From: a virus
Length of the DNA stretch: 64,000 nucleotides
Strand: one strand, 5' to 3'
IMG/VR virus record: IMGVR_UViG_3300016476_001289
The stretch's first letter is position 1; each line of letters starts with the position of its first letter. The notes under the pieces are model-generated. The model saw nothing but the letters and a program-made list of their open reading frames with translations. It was not told where the DNA came from and made no database searches. Positions 19,650 to 30,274 of this stretch are shown here, piece by piece. Position numbers and translations under genes: made by a program.

Positions 19650-20609
19650 ATGATAAAACTCATATGGAGGACAGATGTCCATTTCTCAGACCACACACCT
19701 AAAAGAAGAAATGGGAATTGGACTGATGATGTTTCAGCTAAACTTGAATGGATAGGTGAATATACACACAAGCATCAAATAGATGCTGTTATTGATGGTG
19801 GAGATTTCTTTGATGTAAAGACACCAAGTAGAAATTCACACAGCCTCGTATCTAAAACAGCTAAAATACATAAAGGCTATGCTTGTCCCGTATATACTCT
19901 TGTAGGCAACCATGATGTTAAATATGGAAATATAGACTACCTAGAAGAACAACCTTTATCAGTATTATTTAATGCTGGTGTGTTTCAACAATTTGGTGGA
20001 AGTAAAGAAGTTATTCTAGATAAGAATGGGATTAAAGTAAGATTAGTAGGTATCCCTTATCATGGGACTAGCTATGATTGGGATTTAATTCGTTCTATTG
20101 AAAAAGGTGATGAAGACTACTTACTCGTAGCTTGTCATTTACTAGCAAGTGAAAAAGGTGGTGTAGGTGCTATGTTTGAAGGTGAAGATATAGTGCCTTA
20201 TGATGAATTAAAAGGAAGAGGTGTAGACGGGTGGTTCTTTGGTCACTGGCATAAAGATCAAGGGATAGTTAAATGGGGTGATACTACTATTGTAAATGTA
20301 GGAAGTTTAACTCGTGGTGCTTTACACTTAGATGATTTAGACAGGAAACCCTATATCGTAGAGGTGAATATAGATAAAGATGGCATAGAGTTTATAAAAG
20401 TAGATGTTCCATGTAGAATGGATGCCTTTAAGGTGGAAGAAGCTCTTATAGAGAAAAAGAATAAGAGTAGGATGGAAGAAGTGGTGGATAGAATGAAACA
20501 AGTAGCAATAGAAGATAAGGGATTAAGTTTAATAGATCGTGTAAATGCAGTTATAGGTGTAAAGCAAGAGGTGAAAGAATTAGCGATATCTTATTTAGAG
20601 AAAGTTTAA
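19650..20609 (+). CDS. Mre11/SbcD-like metallophosphoesterase nuclease
   Basis: TDVH, GGDFFD, GNHD, CH, GHWH, NVGSL; ATG at 19650 after AAAGGA. Confidence 0.9.
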   Translation: MIKLIWRTDVHFSDHTPKRRNGNWTDDVSAKLEWIGEYTHKHQIDAVIDGGDFFDVKTPSRNSHSLVSKTAKIHKGYACPVYTLVGNHDVKYGNIDYLEEQPLSVLFNAGVFQQFGGSKEVILDKNGIKVRLVGIPYHGTSYDWDLIRSIEKGDEDYLLVACHLLASEKGGVGAMFEGEDIVPYDELKGRGVDGWFFGHWHKDQGIVKWGDTTIVNVGSLTRGALHLDDLDRKPYIVEVNIDKDGIEFIKVDVPCRMDAFKVEEALIEKKNKSRMEEVVDRMKQVAIEDKGLSLIDRVNAVIGVKQEVKELAISYLEKV

Positions 20610-20929
20610 TGTAAATCTCTAGCTATTCTTACAGGTAGTTTCTTATATAGGGTTTCAATTAAGTTATCATAGATAATCTTATTATTACTAAGTAGATTAT
20701 CTCTATCATAGATAGACCATTCGACTATATCTCTCATAGAATAAAATTCAATTTCAAGGGTAAGATTCATTTCAATAGAAGCTTTTATAACAAGTTCTTT
20801 AAAAGTCATAGGTGTGTTAATATCTACTATTTGGAAATCAGATAAGAATACTACACCATATTCTTCTAATCTTGCCTTAAGAGAAGATATGAGAGAAGCT
20901 ATAAGTATATTTTTATTGTCATTAAACAT
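20606..20929 (-). CDS. hypothetical protein
   Basis: 107-aa ORF, AAGGTGA SD on the minus strand. Confidence 0.6.
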   Translation of the reverse strand: MFNDNKNILIASLISSLKARLEEYGVVFLSDFQIVDINTPMTFKELVIKASIEMNLTLEIEFYSMRDIVEWSIYDRDNLLSNNKIIYDNLIETLYKKLPVRIARDLH

Positions 20930-20995
20930 ATTGTTTCACCTTAATCATATAAGTATAATATAATAATACAAGTTCATATAAAGGAGATACTATTT

Positions 20996-21952
20996 ATGGA
21001 TGTTTTATATTGGTCTCATATCAAATCAATGAGAGAATGCCCTCAAAAATTCTTATGGTCTAGGGGAAACCCTGAAATTGATTTAGGTGCTGGTTTTGGA
21101 AAACCTAAACCTTTACCAACAGAAGTAGAAAGAGCAAGTGAGCATTATGCCCTTATGGGAAGTGTTTTATCTACAGTAGTAGAGAATATCTATAATGAGA
21201 ATTTATGGAAAGAACCATTACTATTAAGAGATAGAGTGGAAGCCTTAGCTCAAAAAGAATTTGCTTTACAAGAAAGTGGTAAATATCTCGATTGGTCTCA
21301 GATGATGAGATCTGAAGCGATAGATACTTGTGTAAAGGGAGCAGTTAATTTTCTAAAGATTATGAAAGAGAATAAACTACTCGGACCTTATGCTCGATCA
21401 GAAGTTAAAATGGATACATGGGTCTCACCTCAACTTAAAGATTTAAAGATTTGTGGTATAGCAGATTTAATCTTTAGGGATACAAATGATAAGATTCATA
21501 TCATGGATGGTAAAAATGCAGGGCAACCTGGTAAGTGGGAAGATGAAGATCAATTAAGGTGGTATGCTTTATGTTTTAAAATGGCATATGGTGTAATCCC
21601 TAGTAGGTTAGGGTTTTTCTTTTTTAGATTCCCACCTAATGAACCACCTAAGGATTGGACTAAAGATCCTAAAGAGTGGAATGGTATTATAGAAGTATCC
21701 TTAGACCCAAGTGATTTAAAAAGATTATTTGATGAGGCAGTGGAGACTCAAAAAGCGATTAAGAAAAAGAACTTTGAAGCTAATCCTATACCAAAGCATT
21801 GTGTAAACTGTCCTTATGAGAGTGTGTGTGAGCCAAGACAAGCACAGAAGGCAATTAACTCAGCAAAAAGAAATGCAACAAAAGAATTAAAGAAACAAAA
21901 TGATCCTTTAGAAAATATGCAGGGTATAAATATCTTTACGATGGGTAAATAA
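20996..21952 (+). CDS. PD-(D/E)XK Cas4/RecB-like exonuclease with Fe-S cysteines
   Basis: N-terminal CPQ, GIADL...IMDGK, QLRWYA, C-terminal CVNCPYESVC. Confidence 0.85.
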   Translation: MDVLYWSHIKSMRECPQKFLWSRGNPEIDLGAGFGKPKPLPTEVERASEHYALMGSVLSTVVENIYNENLWKEPLLLRDRVEALAQKEFALQESGKYLDWSQMMRSEAIDTCVKGAVNFLKIMKENKLLGPYARSEVKMDTWVSPQLKDLKICGIADLIFRDTNDKIHIMDGKNAGQPGKWEDEDQLRWYALCFKMAYGVIPSRLGFFFFRFPPNEPPKDWTKDPKEWNGIIEVSLDPSDLKRLFDEAVETQKAIKKKNFEANPIPKHCVNCPYESVCEPRQAQKAINSAKRNATKELKKQNDPLENMQGINIFTMGK

Positions 21953-21991
21953 TATAATAGGAAATGCTCAAATAGAAAGGAGTATGATTAA

Positions 21992-22258
21992 ATGCAAGAT
22001 TTGAAAGTTCTAGTCGAGAAAAAGACAGAACTTGAAAGAAAAAAAGAAAGATTGCTAGGTAAGTTAGAATCCGCAAAAAATTCTTTACAAGAGATAGACA
22101 ATCGACTAACAAGTTTAGGGTTTAATCCTGATAATTTGGAAGAAGAGATAAACAAGTTAAAACAAGAAAGAGACAGTATGCTTGAAAACTTTGAGAGTGA
22201 AGTAAGTAAAGCAGAAGAATCCTTAAACAGAATTGAGCAAAGGCTCAAGGAGATTTAA
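21992..22258 (+). CDS. small coiled-coil protein
   Basis: 88 aa of heptad pattern; AGGAG SD. Confidence 0.7.
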   Translation: MQDLKVLVEKKTELERKKERLLGKLESAKNSLQEIDNRLTSLGFNPDNLEEEINKLKQERDSMLENFESEVSKAEESLNRIEQRLKEI

Positions 22259-23467
22259 ATGAAAGTAGTAGTCGCACAAAAAGACTTAAAGTCAGCTTTA
22301 GATATTGCTCAAAACACCTTAGGTAGCAATGCAGATATTTCTTCCCACTTTGTATTTGAAATTCAAAGTGAAACCATTGTAAATGTAATGTCATCTGAAG
22401 CTAAGAGATTATATTCATGTGTTCCAGTAGCACCTGTTAAAGCAACAGGTTCAGGTATGTTCACCGTAGAAGGTAAAAGACTTATTCAAGCAATCAATGC
22501 CATTGGTGATGGTTTTACTATTAACCTAGAAGCTGATGAAAAAGGGAATGTCACCTTATCAAGAGAAGGTAATGCTAAGGGTAAAATGAATTATCCTGGT
22601 CTTGATCCTACAACATTCCCAGATTGGGCAAGTGAAGTAAATGCATCAACTTTAACTAAGAAAGTACCTGCTAAATTACTAAGCACTTGTTTAAATGCTA
22701 TTAAACCTTATGTATCTGATGAAGACACCAAGAGACCTGAGTTATGTCAAGCTGTAATTAAAGATGGTAAGATGATGGCAACTGACGCTTATTCATTAGC
22801 TATTCTAAGATCAGCTGAATTTGATGGTTTAGATTTTAAGATTCAATTAAAAGACTTTCCTAATGTATTGAAGTTCTTGAAAGCACATGAAACTCAAGAT
22901 GTTGAGATTTTCAGCACAGGTAAAGCACATATCCTTAAAGCACAAGATGGTACAACATTAGGATTTATGAGATCACAACATAACTTCCAAAATTTACCAC
23001 CTCACTTCTTAAATTCATTTGATTGGACACCAAGAAGAGTATGGGCATTTAATAAGGGTGAATTACTTCAAGCGATTGATCTTTTAAGTTCAGGTGCAGA
23101 TAAGAATGATTTATTTGTTACTTTTAACCATGACGAGAATGCTTTAACTAATCCTACCTTAACAATGGATTCTTTAACTGAGAGAGATTCTTTAGTAGAA
23201 GAAGTTGCTCAAGTTACAGTAGTAGAAGCAGATGCTAGTGAATACCCATTAAAGATGGTTATTGACAATCAAAAAGCTGAAAAGACTACACCTGATATTC
23301 CTACCTTTAAATTCAATTACAAGTATTTGAAAGAAGTAGTAGCAGGTTTAGATGAACAAGTTGTTTTTGGGTGTAGTAAAGAAGGTAATAAAGGCTTTAT
23401 GTTATTCAAAGACAAGTTTAGTGATTTCAATATTGATATGGTATCTATTGTTGCTTGGGTTAGTTAA
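22259..23467 (+). CDS. DNA polymerase III beta-like sliding clamp
   Basis: MKVVVAQKDL start, DPTTFP, SDEDTKRPEL, MATDAYSLAI, FNYKYLKE; about 400 aa. Confidence 0.8.
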   Translation: MKVVVAQKDLKSALDIAQNTLGSNADISSHFVFEIQSETIVNVMSSEAKRLYSCVPVAPVKATGSGMFTVEGKRLIQAINAIGDGFTINLEADEKGNVTLSREGNAKGKMNYPGLDPTTFPDWASEVNASTLTKKVPAKLLSTCLNAIKPYVSDEDTKRPELCQAVIKDGKMMATDAYSLAILRSAEFDGLDFKIQLKDFPNVLKFLKAHETQDVEIFSTGKAHILKAQDGTTLGFMRSQHNFQNLPPHFLNSFDWTPRRVWAFNKGELLQAIDLLSSGADKNDLFVTFNHDENALTNPTLTMDSLTERDSLVEEVAQVTVVEADASEYPLKMVIDNQKAEKTTPDIPTFKFNYKYLKEVVAGLDEQVVFGCSKEGNKGFMLFKDKFSDFNIDMVSIVAWVS

Positions 23468-23747
23468 TCTTTTTTTCTAATAGTCTTTGAGCTTGTGTTA
23501 ATAGTATAGAAGCTTTTTCAATTAATATACTTGCTTTATTTATTTCGGGTAAAGAACTTAAAGGCATTTGAGTTCCTATGGGGGTAGAAGACATACCCAT
23601 GTGCATCTCTTCTAAACCATCAAGGATTGATTCAAGATCATTAGCCATATCAAATATCGTTTCTTTCCCTTTCATAGAAAGGTTACCCATAGGGTCAACT
23701 AAAGATCTATTAGCATCTGCTTTCTTATAAAAAGATTTACCGTACAT
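23460..23747 (-). CDS. hypothetical, probable virion protein
   Basis: 95 aa, short basic leader ending KKAD; AAGGA SD. Confidence 0.55.
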   Translation of the reverse strand: MYGKSFYKKADANRSLVDPMGNLSMKGKETIFDMANDLESILDGLEEMHMGMSSTPIGTQMPLSSLPEINKASILIEKASILLTQAQRLLEKKIN

Positions 23748-23816
23748 AACTTTATCCTTTAGAGTGTGGTAAAAATATAATATAATGATATATAAATAAA
23801 CTAAAGAGAAATACTA

Positions 23817-24431
23817 ATGAATGATCTTAGAACTAGAATACATACCTTAAAGGCACTAAAAGAAAATACAGAAAATAACATTTCTAAATTAGAAGAACAG
23901 ATAGTTTCTTTAGATAAAGAAATGGTCTTAAAGCAAGAAGCGAATGTTCTATTAGATAGAATCTCTGAAGAAGAAGTCTCTAAAGGAATAGACACCTATG
24001 TCGCCTTATTAGATGAAGGACTAAAAGCTATATTCCCCGAACAAGAAGTAGGTTTAAAAGCTGAGGTAGATAAGATAAGGGGTAAAATATCTGTAAGGCT
24101 AAAAACAACATTTAAGGGAAGTGATGGTTTAGAGATAGAATCTGAGAGTATGGATGCTTTTGGTGGAGCAGTTGCAACAATACAATCTCTCTTATTAAGA
24201 GTAGCTTTAATCTTAAAGAGAGAGTTAAGACCTTTATTGATATTAGATGAAACCTTTGCACCTGTAGATGAGAATAGGGTGAGGTTATTAGTCGATTTCT
24301 TAAAGGTGTTATGTGATAGGTTAGGTATGGATATCTTATGTGTGAGTCATAATCCTATATTAACAGAAAATGCAGATATAGCATATCGAATTAAACCGAC
24401 AGCAAATGGTGCTATATTTGAAAAGATTTAG
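23817..24431 (+). CDS. Rad50/SbcC C-terminal half (signature, Walker B, H-loop)
   Basis: Short coiled coil, FGGA signature, LLILDETFAPVD, CVSHN; no Walker A. Confidence 0.85.
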   Translation: MNDLRTRIHTLKALKENTENNISKLEEQIVSLDKEMVLKQEANVLLDRISEEEVSKGIDTYVALLDEGLKAIFPEQEVGLKAEVDKIRGKISVRLKTTFKGSDGLEIESESMDAFGGAVATIQSLLLRVALILKRELRPLLILDETFAPVDENRVRLLVDFLKVLCDRLGMDILCVSHNPILTENADIAYRIKPTANGAIFEKI

Positions 24432-25765
24432 AGTAGGTTCTTATTAACCATATCTATAAATATGTCTTCTAATTCTTTTTGACTCGGTTTAATTCTATCT
24501 AAGGTTATTAAGGTACACAGTTCTGAAAAAAATTCCGATTCATTATCCATAGAGTATGTACTAGGACAAGAAATTAATTTTAAAAGTTGATTTCTAGTGA
24601 ATGTAATCTTACGGTTATGACTATTAGTGAATGTATAATGATAATCTCCTGAATTCTCGGTTAAGACATAATCCTCTATATTTTGTTTTGGATAAATTTG
24701 ACTTACGGACCACCAATTTTCCCTATAATTGCTTAAGGGATCTCCGATTTCAGGTAAATTTTTCCTATAGCATTCATTACTAACAGAATAAGCCTTTTTC
24801 CAAAGTCTTATAAAATCTTCATTTTCAAATCCATTTTTTATAAAGCGGCGGTGAAAACGATGCGCTAATTCGTGTATTAAAGTAGATACGGTGTCAGAAG
24901 AATCCTCATTATTGTCAATAAAGAAATATATCATATCAAAAAGAGGGACATAAAGACCAATAGCATTCTCTCCCGTTATGAGAGTATGTGTCTTTTCTTC
25001 TATATCTTTTTTATTACCAATAATAAATCTAGCCTTAGATAAAACTTTTTTAAAACCAGGAACTCTAGAATTTTCAACTATATTTTTAGCTTCATTTAAA
25101 CACTTTTTATAAAATAGGACATTTTCTAAAGTCATCTCAGAAACAAAATTACTAGTAATACCTGCATTTTTAATTTCTATATCTAATTTTCTAGAAGGGT
25201 CTGGTTTTGGTTTTTCTTTTTTAATAATAGTAGAAAGGTCTACAGTAGATGGGTCTACGATAGTAATATATTTTGGATGTAATTCTTTAATCATGCCTAT
25301 AAGCCTAACTAATTTACCCACTATACTTTGGAGACCCACACCTTTTTCCTTTATTTTCTCTCTATTAGCATTAAATTTAGTCCAGGGTATGATTTTTGGA
25401 TTTCGATCTAAAGATAAAAGATATTTTTTAAAATCTTTTATAGGTGTTAATTCTTTATTGACTTTTAGTATACCAGGCAACTCATTAAGAAACATTAAAA
25501 TGGCATCTACCATAGGAGCTTTATCTATAGAGGGTACATATATACTACTAGATGGTATGTCTACCTTAAGATTATAAACTTCTGTGATTGTAACAATACC
25601 ACCATCTTCATCAGTCGTTGCAAATATCGAGATATGTGGAGTATTTCGATATTTGCGAGAATCAGGGATGCGTTCTTGAACATTTTCGCAATTTTTTATA
25701 AAATTAAATATAAATGCTATTGTTGGTTCTGCAATTTCTTTTTTATATTGTTCATGAGAAATCAT
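24428..25765 (-). CDS. HExxH zinc metallopeptidase-like protein, paralogue 1
   Basis: LIHELAHRFH, IGDPLSN, EFFSELC. Confidence 0.75.
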   Translation of the reverse strand: MISHEQYKKEIAEPTIAFIFNFIKNCENVQERIPDSRKYRNTPHISIFATTDEDGGIVTITEVYNLKVDIPSSSIYVPSIDKAPMVDAILMFLNELPGILKVNKELTPIKDFKKYLLSLDRNPKIIPWTKFNANREKIKEKGVGLQSIVGKLVRLIGMIKELHPKYITIVDPSTVDLSTIIKKEKPKPDPSRKLDIEIKNAGITSNFVSEMTLENVLFYKKCLNEAKNIVENSRVPGFKKVLSKARFIIGNKKDIEEKTHTLITGENAIGLYVPLFDMIYFFIDNNEDSSDTVSTLIHELAHRFHRRFIKNGFENEDFIRLWKKAYSVSNECYRKNLPEIGDPLSNYRENWWSVSQIYPKQNIEDYVLTENSGDYHYTFTNSHNRKITFTRNQLLKLISCPSTYSMDNESEFFSELCTLITLDRIKPSQKELEDIFIDMVNKNLL

Positions 25766-25784
25766 TTTTAATTCCTTTTTAGAT

Positions 25785-25820
25785 TATCTACTTATAAGAA
25801 TGGATATATAAATAGATTAC
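25785..25820 (-). promoter_or_regulatory. putative late promoter TTTATA-N-TTATAAGTAGATA
   Basis: 18 bp identical at 25785-25802 and 26991-27008; related copies upstream of 28314 and 29347; 15-bp match at 42168-42182 upstream of the capsid genes. Confidence 0.6.
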
Positions 25821-26971
25821 TTTAAGTTCTTCTTAACGATATTGATAAAGTGATTTGCCCATTGTCTTTGTTCTGGTCTTACTTTATTTATAGTAATAGC
25901 AACACACATTTCTGCAAAGAACTCATCTGCATCTTTAGCAGAGTATCGACTAGGACACCTAATCATTTTTAAAATTTTTTCTTTTGGAATAAATATTTGG
26001 TTTCCCACATTCTCTTTGGCTTCATAAACAAAATAATCTTCTCCTTCTTCTTCAAAAACCCCTACAAAATAGACTTCAGGTGTTGCTATTTTAACAAGGT
26101 ATGGCATTTCATATTGTGAATCATAATTAAGAAGATTAGAAAGAGGGTCGCCTATTTTAGGAAAAGAAACTCTTTTACATTCAGCTTCACTGTTAGTAGC
26201 AACATCATACAAGTTTTTTATATCCTGGTTATTAAAACCATCTTTGATATATTGGTGGTGGAATTTATGGGAAAGTTCATGTATCATATCAACAAAGTCG
26301 TTTTCTCCCTTACCTGTTTCATCAAAAAAGAAAATAATATCGGATTGTTTTATTCTATAATATGCTTTAATTGAATCATCCTCAAGTACTAATTTAGATT
26401 CAAAATCTTGTTTCCAACCAGCTCTTATCACAACTTCTTGCAAAACTTTACTAAATCCTGGAACTAGGGAATTATTAATAGCCATAGTAGTTTTCATAAG
26501 AAAATTTTTTAAATAGAAAGCATCTGCTTTGTTCATTCTAGATAATGTATGGATAACTAAACCACCTAATTTATATACTGCTGAGGGTGTACCTAAAATA
26601 TCCTTATCTATTTTCAAGGCTCTATTTATAAAGTTAGGGTTATTCAACAATTTAGGACTTAGGTGTCTTACAAGAGAAAGACTACCCTTAGATGACATTA
26701 AAAATCTTAAAGCGATATCGGCATCTTCTTTTAGTTCAGGTTCTAAGTCCATATAAATAGAAGGCTTTTGTTTAATAGCTTGGTAAACTAACTGTTTATT
26801 TTTAAGCATTTTTGGAGATAGATATATTACATAGGGTGCTTCCTTTAATATAGGGAGCATAAAATCAATATTATCACCTAACTTGTAATCCTGAATAATG
26901 TCTAAGGTTTCCAATGAATCAGGGTCTCTTAAAATCTGTTGTTGTAATTGTTTTTCTTTTTCAGTTAACAT
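25817..26971 (-). CDS. HExxH zinc metallopeptidase-like protein, paralogue 2 (N-terminal helical repeats)
   Basis: IHELSHKFH, IGDPLSN, EFFAEMC. Confidence 0.75.
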   Translation of the reverse strand: MLTEKEKQLQQQILRDPDSLETLDIIQDYKLGDNIDFMLPILKEAPYVIYLSPKMLKNKQLVYQAIKQKPSIYMDLEPELKEDADIALRFLMSSKGSLSLVRHLSPKLLNNPNFINRALKIDKDILGTPSAVYKLGGLVIHTLSRMNKADAFYLKNFLMKTTMAINNSLVPGFSKVLQEVVIRAGWKQDFESKLVLEDDSIKAYYRIKQSDIIFFFDETGKGENDFVDMIHELSHKFHHQYIKDGFNNQDIKNLYDVATNSEAECKRVSFPKIGDPLSNLLNYDSQYEMPYLVKIATPEVYFVGVFEEEGEDYFVYEAKENVGNQIFIPKEKILKMIRCPSRYSAKDADEFFAEMCVAITINKVRPEQRQWANHFINIVKKNLK

Positions 26972-27021
26972 TTGTACACCACTCTATAAGTATCTACTTA
27001 TAAGAATGATTTATAAAGATA

Positions 27022-28314
27022 TTACTTTAGGTTCTTTTTAACGATATTAATAAAGTGATTTGCCCATTGTCTTTGTTCTGGTCTTACTTTATTTATAGTA
27101 ATAGCAACACACATTTCTGCAAAGAACTCATTAGCATCTTCAGCAGAGTATCTACTAGGACATCTTGTCATTTTTAAAATATCTTCTTTTGGTATAGATA
27201 CTGTGGGGACGGAGTTATCTTCAGATTTATAAACAAACTCATTATCTTCATTCATACCTACAAAATAGACTTCAGGTGTTGCTGTTCTAACATGGTATTG
27301 CATTTGATATTGTGAATCATAATTAAAAAGATTAGAAAGAGGGTCACCTATTTTAGGAAAAGAAACTCTTTTACATTCAGCTTCACTGTTAGTAGCAACA
27401 TCATATAAGTTTTGTATATCTTGATTGCCATAACCATCTTTGACATATTGGTGGTGGAATTTATGGGAAAGTTCATGTATTAAATCAACAAAGTCGTTTT
27501 CTCCCTTACCTATTTCATCAAAAAAGAAAATAATATCGGATTGTTTTATTCTATAATATGCTTTAGAATCATCCTCTATTACTATTCCTGATTTAACAAA
27601 ATCTTGTTTCCAACCTGCTATTATCACAACTTCTTTCAAAACTCTACTAAATCCTGGAACTAGGGAATTATTAATAGCCATAGTAGTTTTCATAAGAGAA
27701 TTTTTTAAATGTAAAGTATCTCTTTTGGTCATTCTGGATAATGTATGGATGACTAAACCACCTAAGTTAAATACAGCAAGATTTTGTTTAAAAAGATCTT
27801 TATTTATTTTAAGAGCTCTATTTTTAAAGTTAGGGTTATTCAACAATTTAGGGCTTAGGTGTTGTACAAGAGAAATACTACCCTTAGATGACATTAAAGC
27901 TCTTAAAGCTATATCGACATCTTCTTTTAGTTCAGGTTCTAAGTCCGGATAAATAGAATGATTTTGTTTAATAGCTTGGTAAGCTATCTGTTTAATCTTA
28001 CGCATTTTAGGACTTAATTCATATTGATAAACTAATGGTGTTTTAGTAACGGCAGCTAAAGCAATTTCGGGGTCGTTTTTTAAAGATTCACTTAAAAAAG
28101 ATATGTTCCTACCATCTGATTGGACAGCTAAAAGACCTAATGCTTTATTGTTTGTTAAACGAGGACCTGCATATGATATTAAATCAGGAAACTTCTTTAA
28201 TATAGGAAACATAAAATAGGCATTATCACCTAAATCGTAATCCTCAATAATCTCGGCATTATCAGGGTCTCTTAAAATCTGTTGTTGTAATTGTTTTTCT
28301 TTTTCAGTTAACAT
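27022..28314 (-). CDS. HExxH zinc metallopeptidase-like protein, paralogue 3 (DUF4116-like repeats)
   Basis: IHELSHKFH, EFFAEMC; LKNDPEIALAAV-type repeats; long identical DNA tracts shared with paralogue 2. Confidence 0.75.
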   Translation of the reverse strand: MLTEKEKQLQQQILRDPDNAEIIEDYDLGDNAYFMFPILKKFPDLISYAGPRLTNNKALGLLAVQSDGRNISFLSESLKNDPEIALAAVTKTPLVYQYELSPKMRKIKQIAYQAIKQNHSIYPDLEPELKEDVDIALRALMSSKGSISLVQHLSPKLLNNPNFKNRALKINKDLFKQNLAVFNLGGLVIHTLSRMTKRDTLHLKNSLMKTTMAINNSLVPGFSRVLKEVVIIAGWKQDFVKSGIVIEDDSKAYYRIKQSDIIFFFDEIGKGENDFVDLIHELSHKFHHQYVKDGYGNQDIQNLYDVATNSEAECKRVSFPKIGDPLSNLFNYDSQYQMQYHVRTATPEVYFVGMNEDNEFVYKSEDNSVPTVSIPKEDILKMTRCPSRYSAEDANEFFAEMCVAITINKVRPEQRQWANHFINIVKKNLK

Positions 28315-28363
28315 TTCAATTCCTTCTCATAAGTATCTAATAGGTGAGTTAGATATAAAGATA

Positions 28364-29347
28364 TTACTTTAAATTCTTCTTAACGATATTGATAAACTTA
28401 TTAGCAATATATAATTGAGAATCTTTCACCTTATTTAAAGTAATAAGAGTACACATTTCTGCAAAAAACTCTTCATTGTTAGTTGCTCCTAATTCACTAG
28501 GTTGTCTAATTATTGAATATAACTGCTCAAGTGTAAATCTTAACTCTTGATCTTCATTCTCATAGACAAATTCTTTTATTCCTCCCCTTTTATAAATAAT
28601 ATCTGCAAGATAAAAACTATTTCCACTAGCTTTCTTAACTTCCCACTCATAGTTAATATTGTTCTCAGTATCATAAGTATAATTTATGATATTTGATAAA
28701 GGGTCTCCTATTTTAGGTAAAGGTATCTTTTTATGCTCTTCTCCCCTTATCATCTCTTCATATAATTTTATTATATCTATATTATCATACCCCATTCTCA
28801 TAAAATTAAAATGAAATTTATGTGCATACTCATGTATTAAGTCATTCTCTCTATCTTTGGGTTTCCTATTATCAAAATCTACTAATAGGTATACAGCATT
28901 TGTAGCATTATTGTAAAAAGCATGAGACTTATTTCTAAGCCGTTCAAAGGAATTACCTCGACCTAGAAAACCTTTCATGTCATTTGCTAATTCTTTATTT
29001 CCAACAAATAAATTACCTGTTAATACTTTATGGAAACCTGGTAATAATGAGTTTTTTATATACATCATTGTTTTCATAAGTTCTTTTTTTATATCTAAAG
29101 TACCTTCTTCATCTAGATAGGAATGAACAATAATAGACCCTAATCTAAAAACAAAAGGATTTATTATAGGTTTGTTTTCCATAAAGATATGTCTATCTAT
29201 CTTTAATAACTCTTTAATTAGAGTAGGTGAAAAATCATCTTTTTGTCTTAGTCTATTATCTAGGATAAATTTTTCAGAACTAGTCAGTCTTTGGGTTTGT
29301 TTTTTCTTAACTATTGCTACAAGTAATTCATCAGCAGAATCTAACAT
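28364..29347 (-). CDS. HExxH zinc metallopeptidase-like protein, paralogue 4
   Basis: IHEYAHKFH, IGDPLSN, EFFAEMC. Confidence 0.75.
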   Translation of the reverse strand: MLDSADELLVAIVKKKQTQRLTSSEKFILDNRLRQKDDFSPTLIKELLKIDRHIFMENKPIINPFVFRLGSIIVHSYLDEEGTLDIKKELMKTMMYIKNSLLPGFHKVLTGNLFVGNKELANDMKGFLGRGNSFERLRNKSHAFYNNATNAVYLLVDFDNRKPKDRENDLIHEYAHKFHFNFMRMGYDNIDIIKLYEEMIRGEEHKKIPLPKIGDPLSNIINYTYDTENNINYEWEVKKASGNSFYLADIIYKRGGIKEFVYENEDQELRFTLEQLYSIIRQPSELGATNNEEFFAEMCTLITLNKVKDSQLYIANKFINIVKKNLK

Positions 29348-29395
29348 TATAACTCCTATATAAGTATCTATATAGGTGAGTGATATATAAAGATA

Positions 29396-30274
29396 TTACT
29401 TTAAGTTGTTTTTAACTACTTCCATAAATTCATATGCCACTCTCTTTTGAGATGGCTTAACTAATCTTAAAGTAATAAGCGTACACATCTCAGCAAAAAA
29501 TTCAACAGCGTCTGTAGCACCATAACTACTAGGACACTCAATCATCTTAATTATCTCTTGCTTACTAAAAGTTAAAAAACGACCATATTGATCCTGATAT
29601 ATATAATTACCATCTTTTATTGATTTTAGATAATACTCAGAATTACTTGATCTCTTTACAGTCACCCACCAACGATCACCCTTAAGGATATTAGTTAAAG
29701 GTGAACCTAAACTTGGCATCTTACTATAAACACACTCAGTTTTAGACATCGTTGCTCTCTCAAATAACTCTTGTATATCGTTATTCCTATACCCATCTTC
29801 CATAAACCTATAATGAAGCCTATGAGATAACTCATGTACTAAATTATCACCCATTTTCTTAACATCTAATAACTTCACCACAACATGATCTCTTGATGGT
29901 GAATAATAAGCACCTGCATAAGATTCTATTTTAGATAACCCATATTTCTCTACATCATCAGGAGTACCTATATAGATATTACCATATAACACTTCACTAA
30001 AATTAGATATAGGAGAGTTGTCTATTGAACGCAAAGACCTTTTGAACTCATGAGAGATATCATGTTTTTGTTCCTTTGTTAGTGGAGAAACAAAATATAA
30101 ATACATACCTTCTATTTCTATCCTATTAGAGAATTTAGATTGTAATCTAATACTAGCAAATTGTATGTAAGAAGGGTCTATAAGCATCGCTTCAGATACT
30201 ACATCTTCATCATCACCATATAACTTACCTTTTGATAATATTAGGTCATAGACCATATCTTTTTTACTTATCAT
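29396..30274 (-). CDS. HExxH zinc metallopeptidase-like protein, paralogue 5
   Basis: VHELSHRLH, LGSPLTN, EFFAEMC. Confidence 0.75.
   Translation of the reverse strand: MISKKDMVYDLILSKGKLYGDDEDVVSEAMLIDPSYIQFASIRLQSKFSNRIEIEGMYLYFVSPLTKEQKHDISHEFKRSLRSIDNSPISNFSEVLYGNIYIGTPDDVEKYGLSKIESYAGAYYSPSRDHVVVKLLDVKKMGDNLVHELSHRLHYRFMEDGYRNNDIQELFERATMSKTECVYSKMPSLGSPLTNILKGDRWWVTVKRSSNSEYYLKSIKDGNYIYQDQYGRFLTFSKQEIIKMIECPSSYGATDAVEFFAEMCTLITLRLVKPSQKRVAYEFMEVVKNNLK

Noticed and set aside
20996-21952. Cas4 as part of a CRISPR-Cas locus
   Set aside because: No cas1/cas2 or array; context is recombination and replication genes
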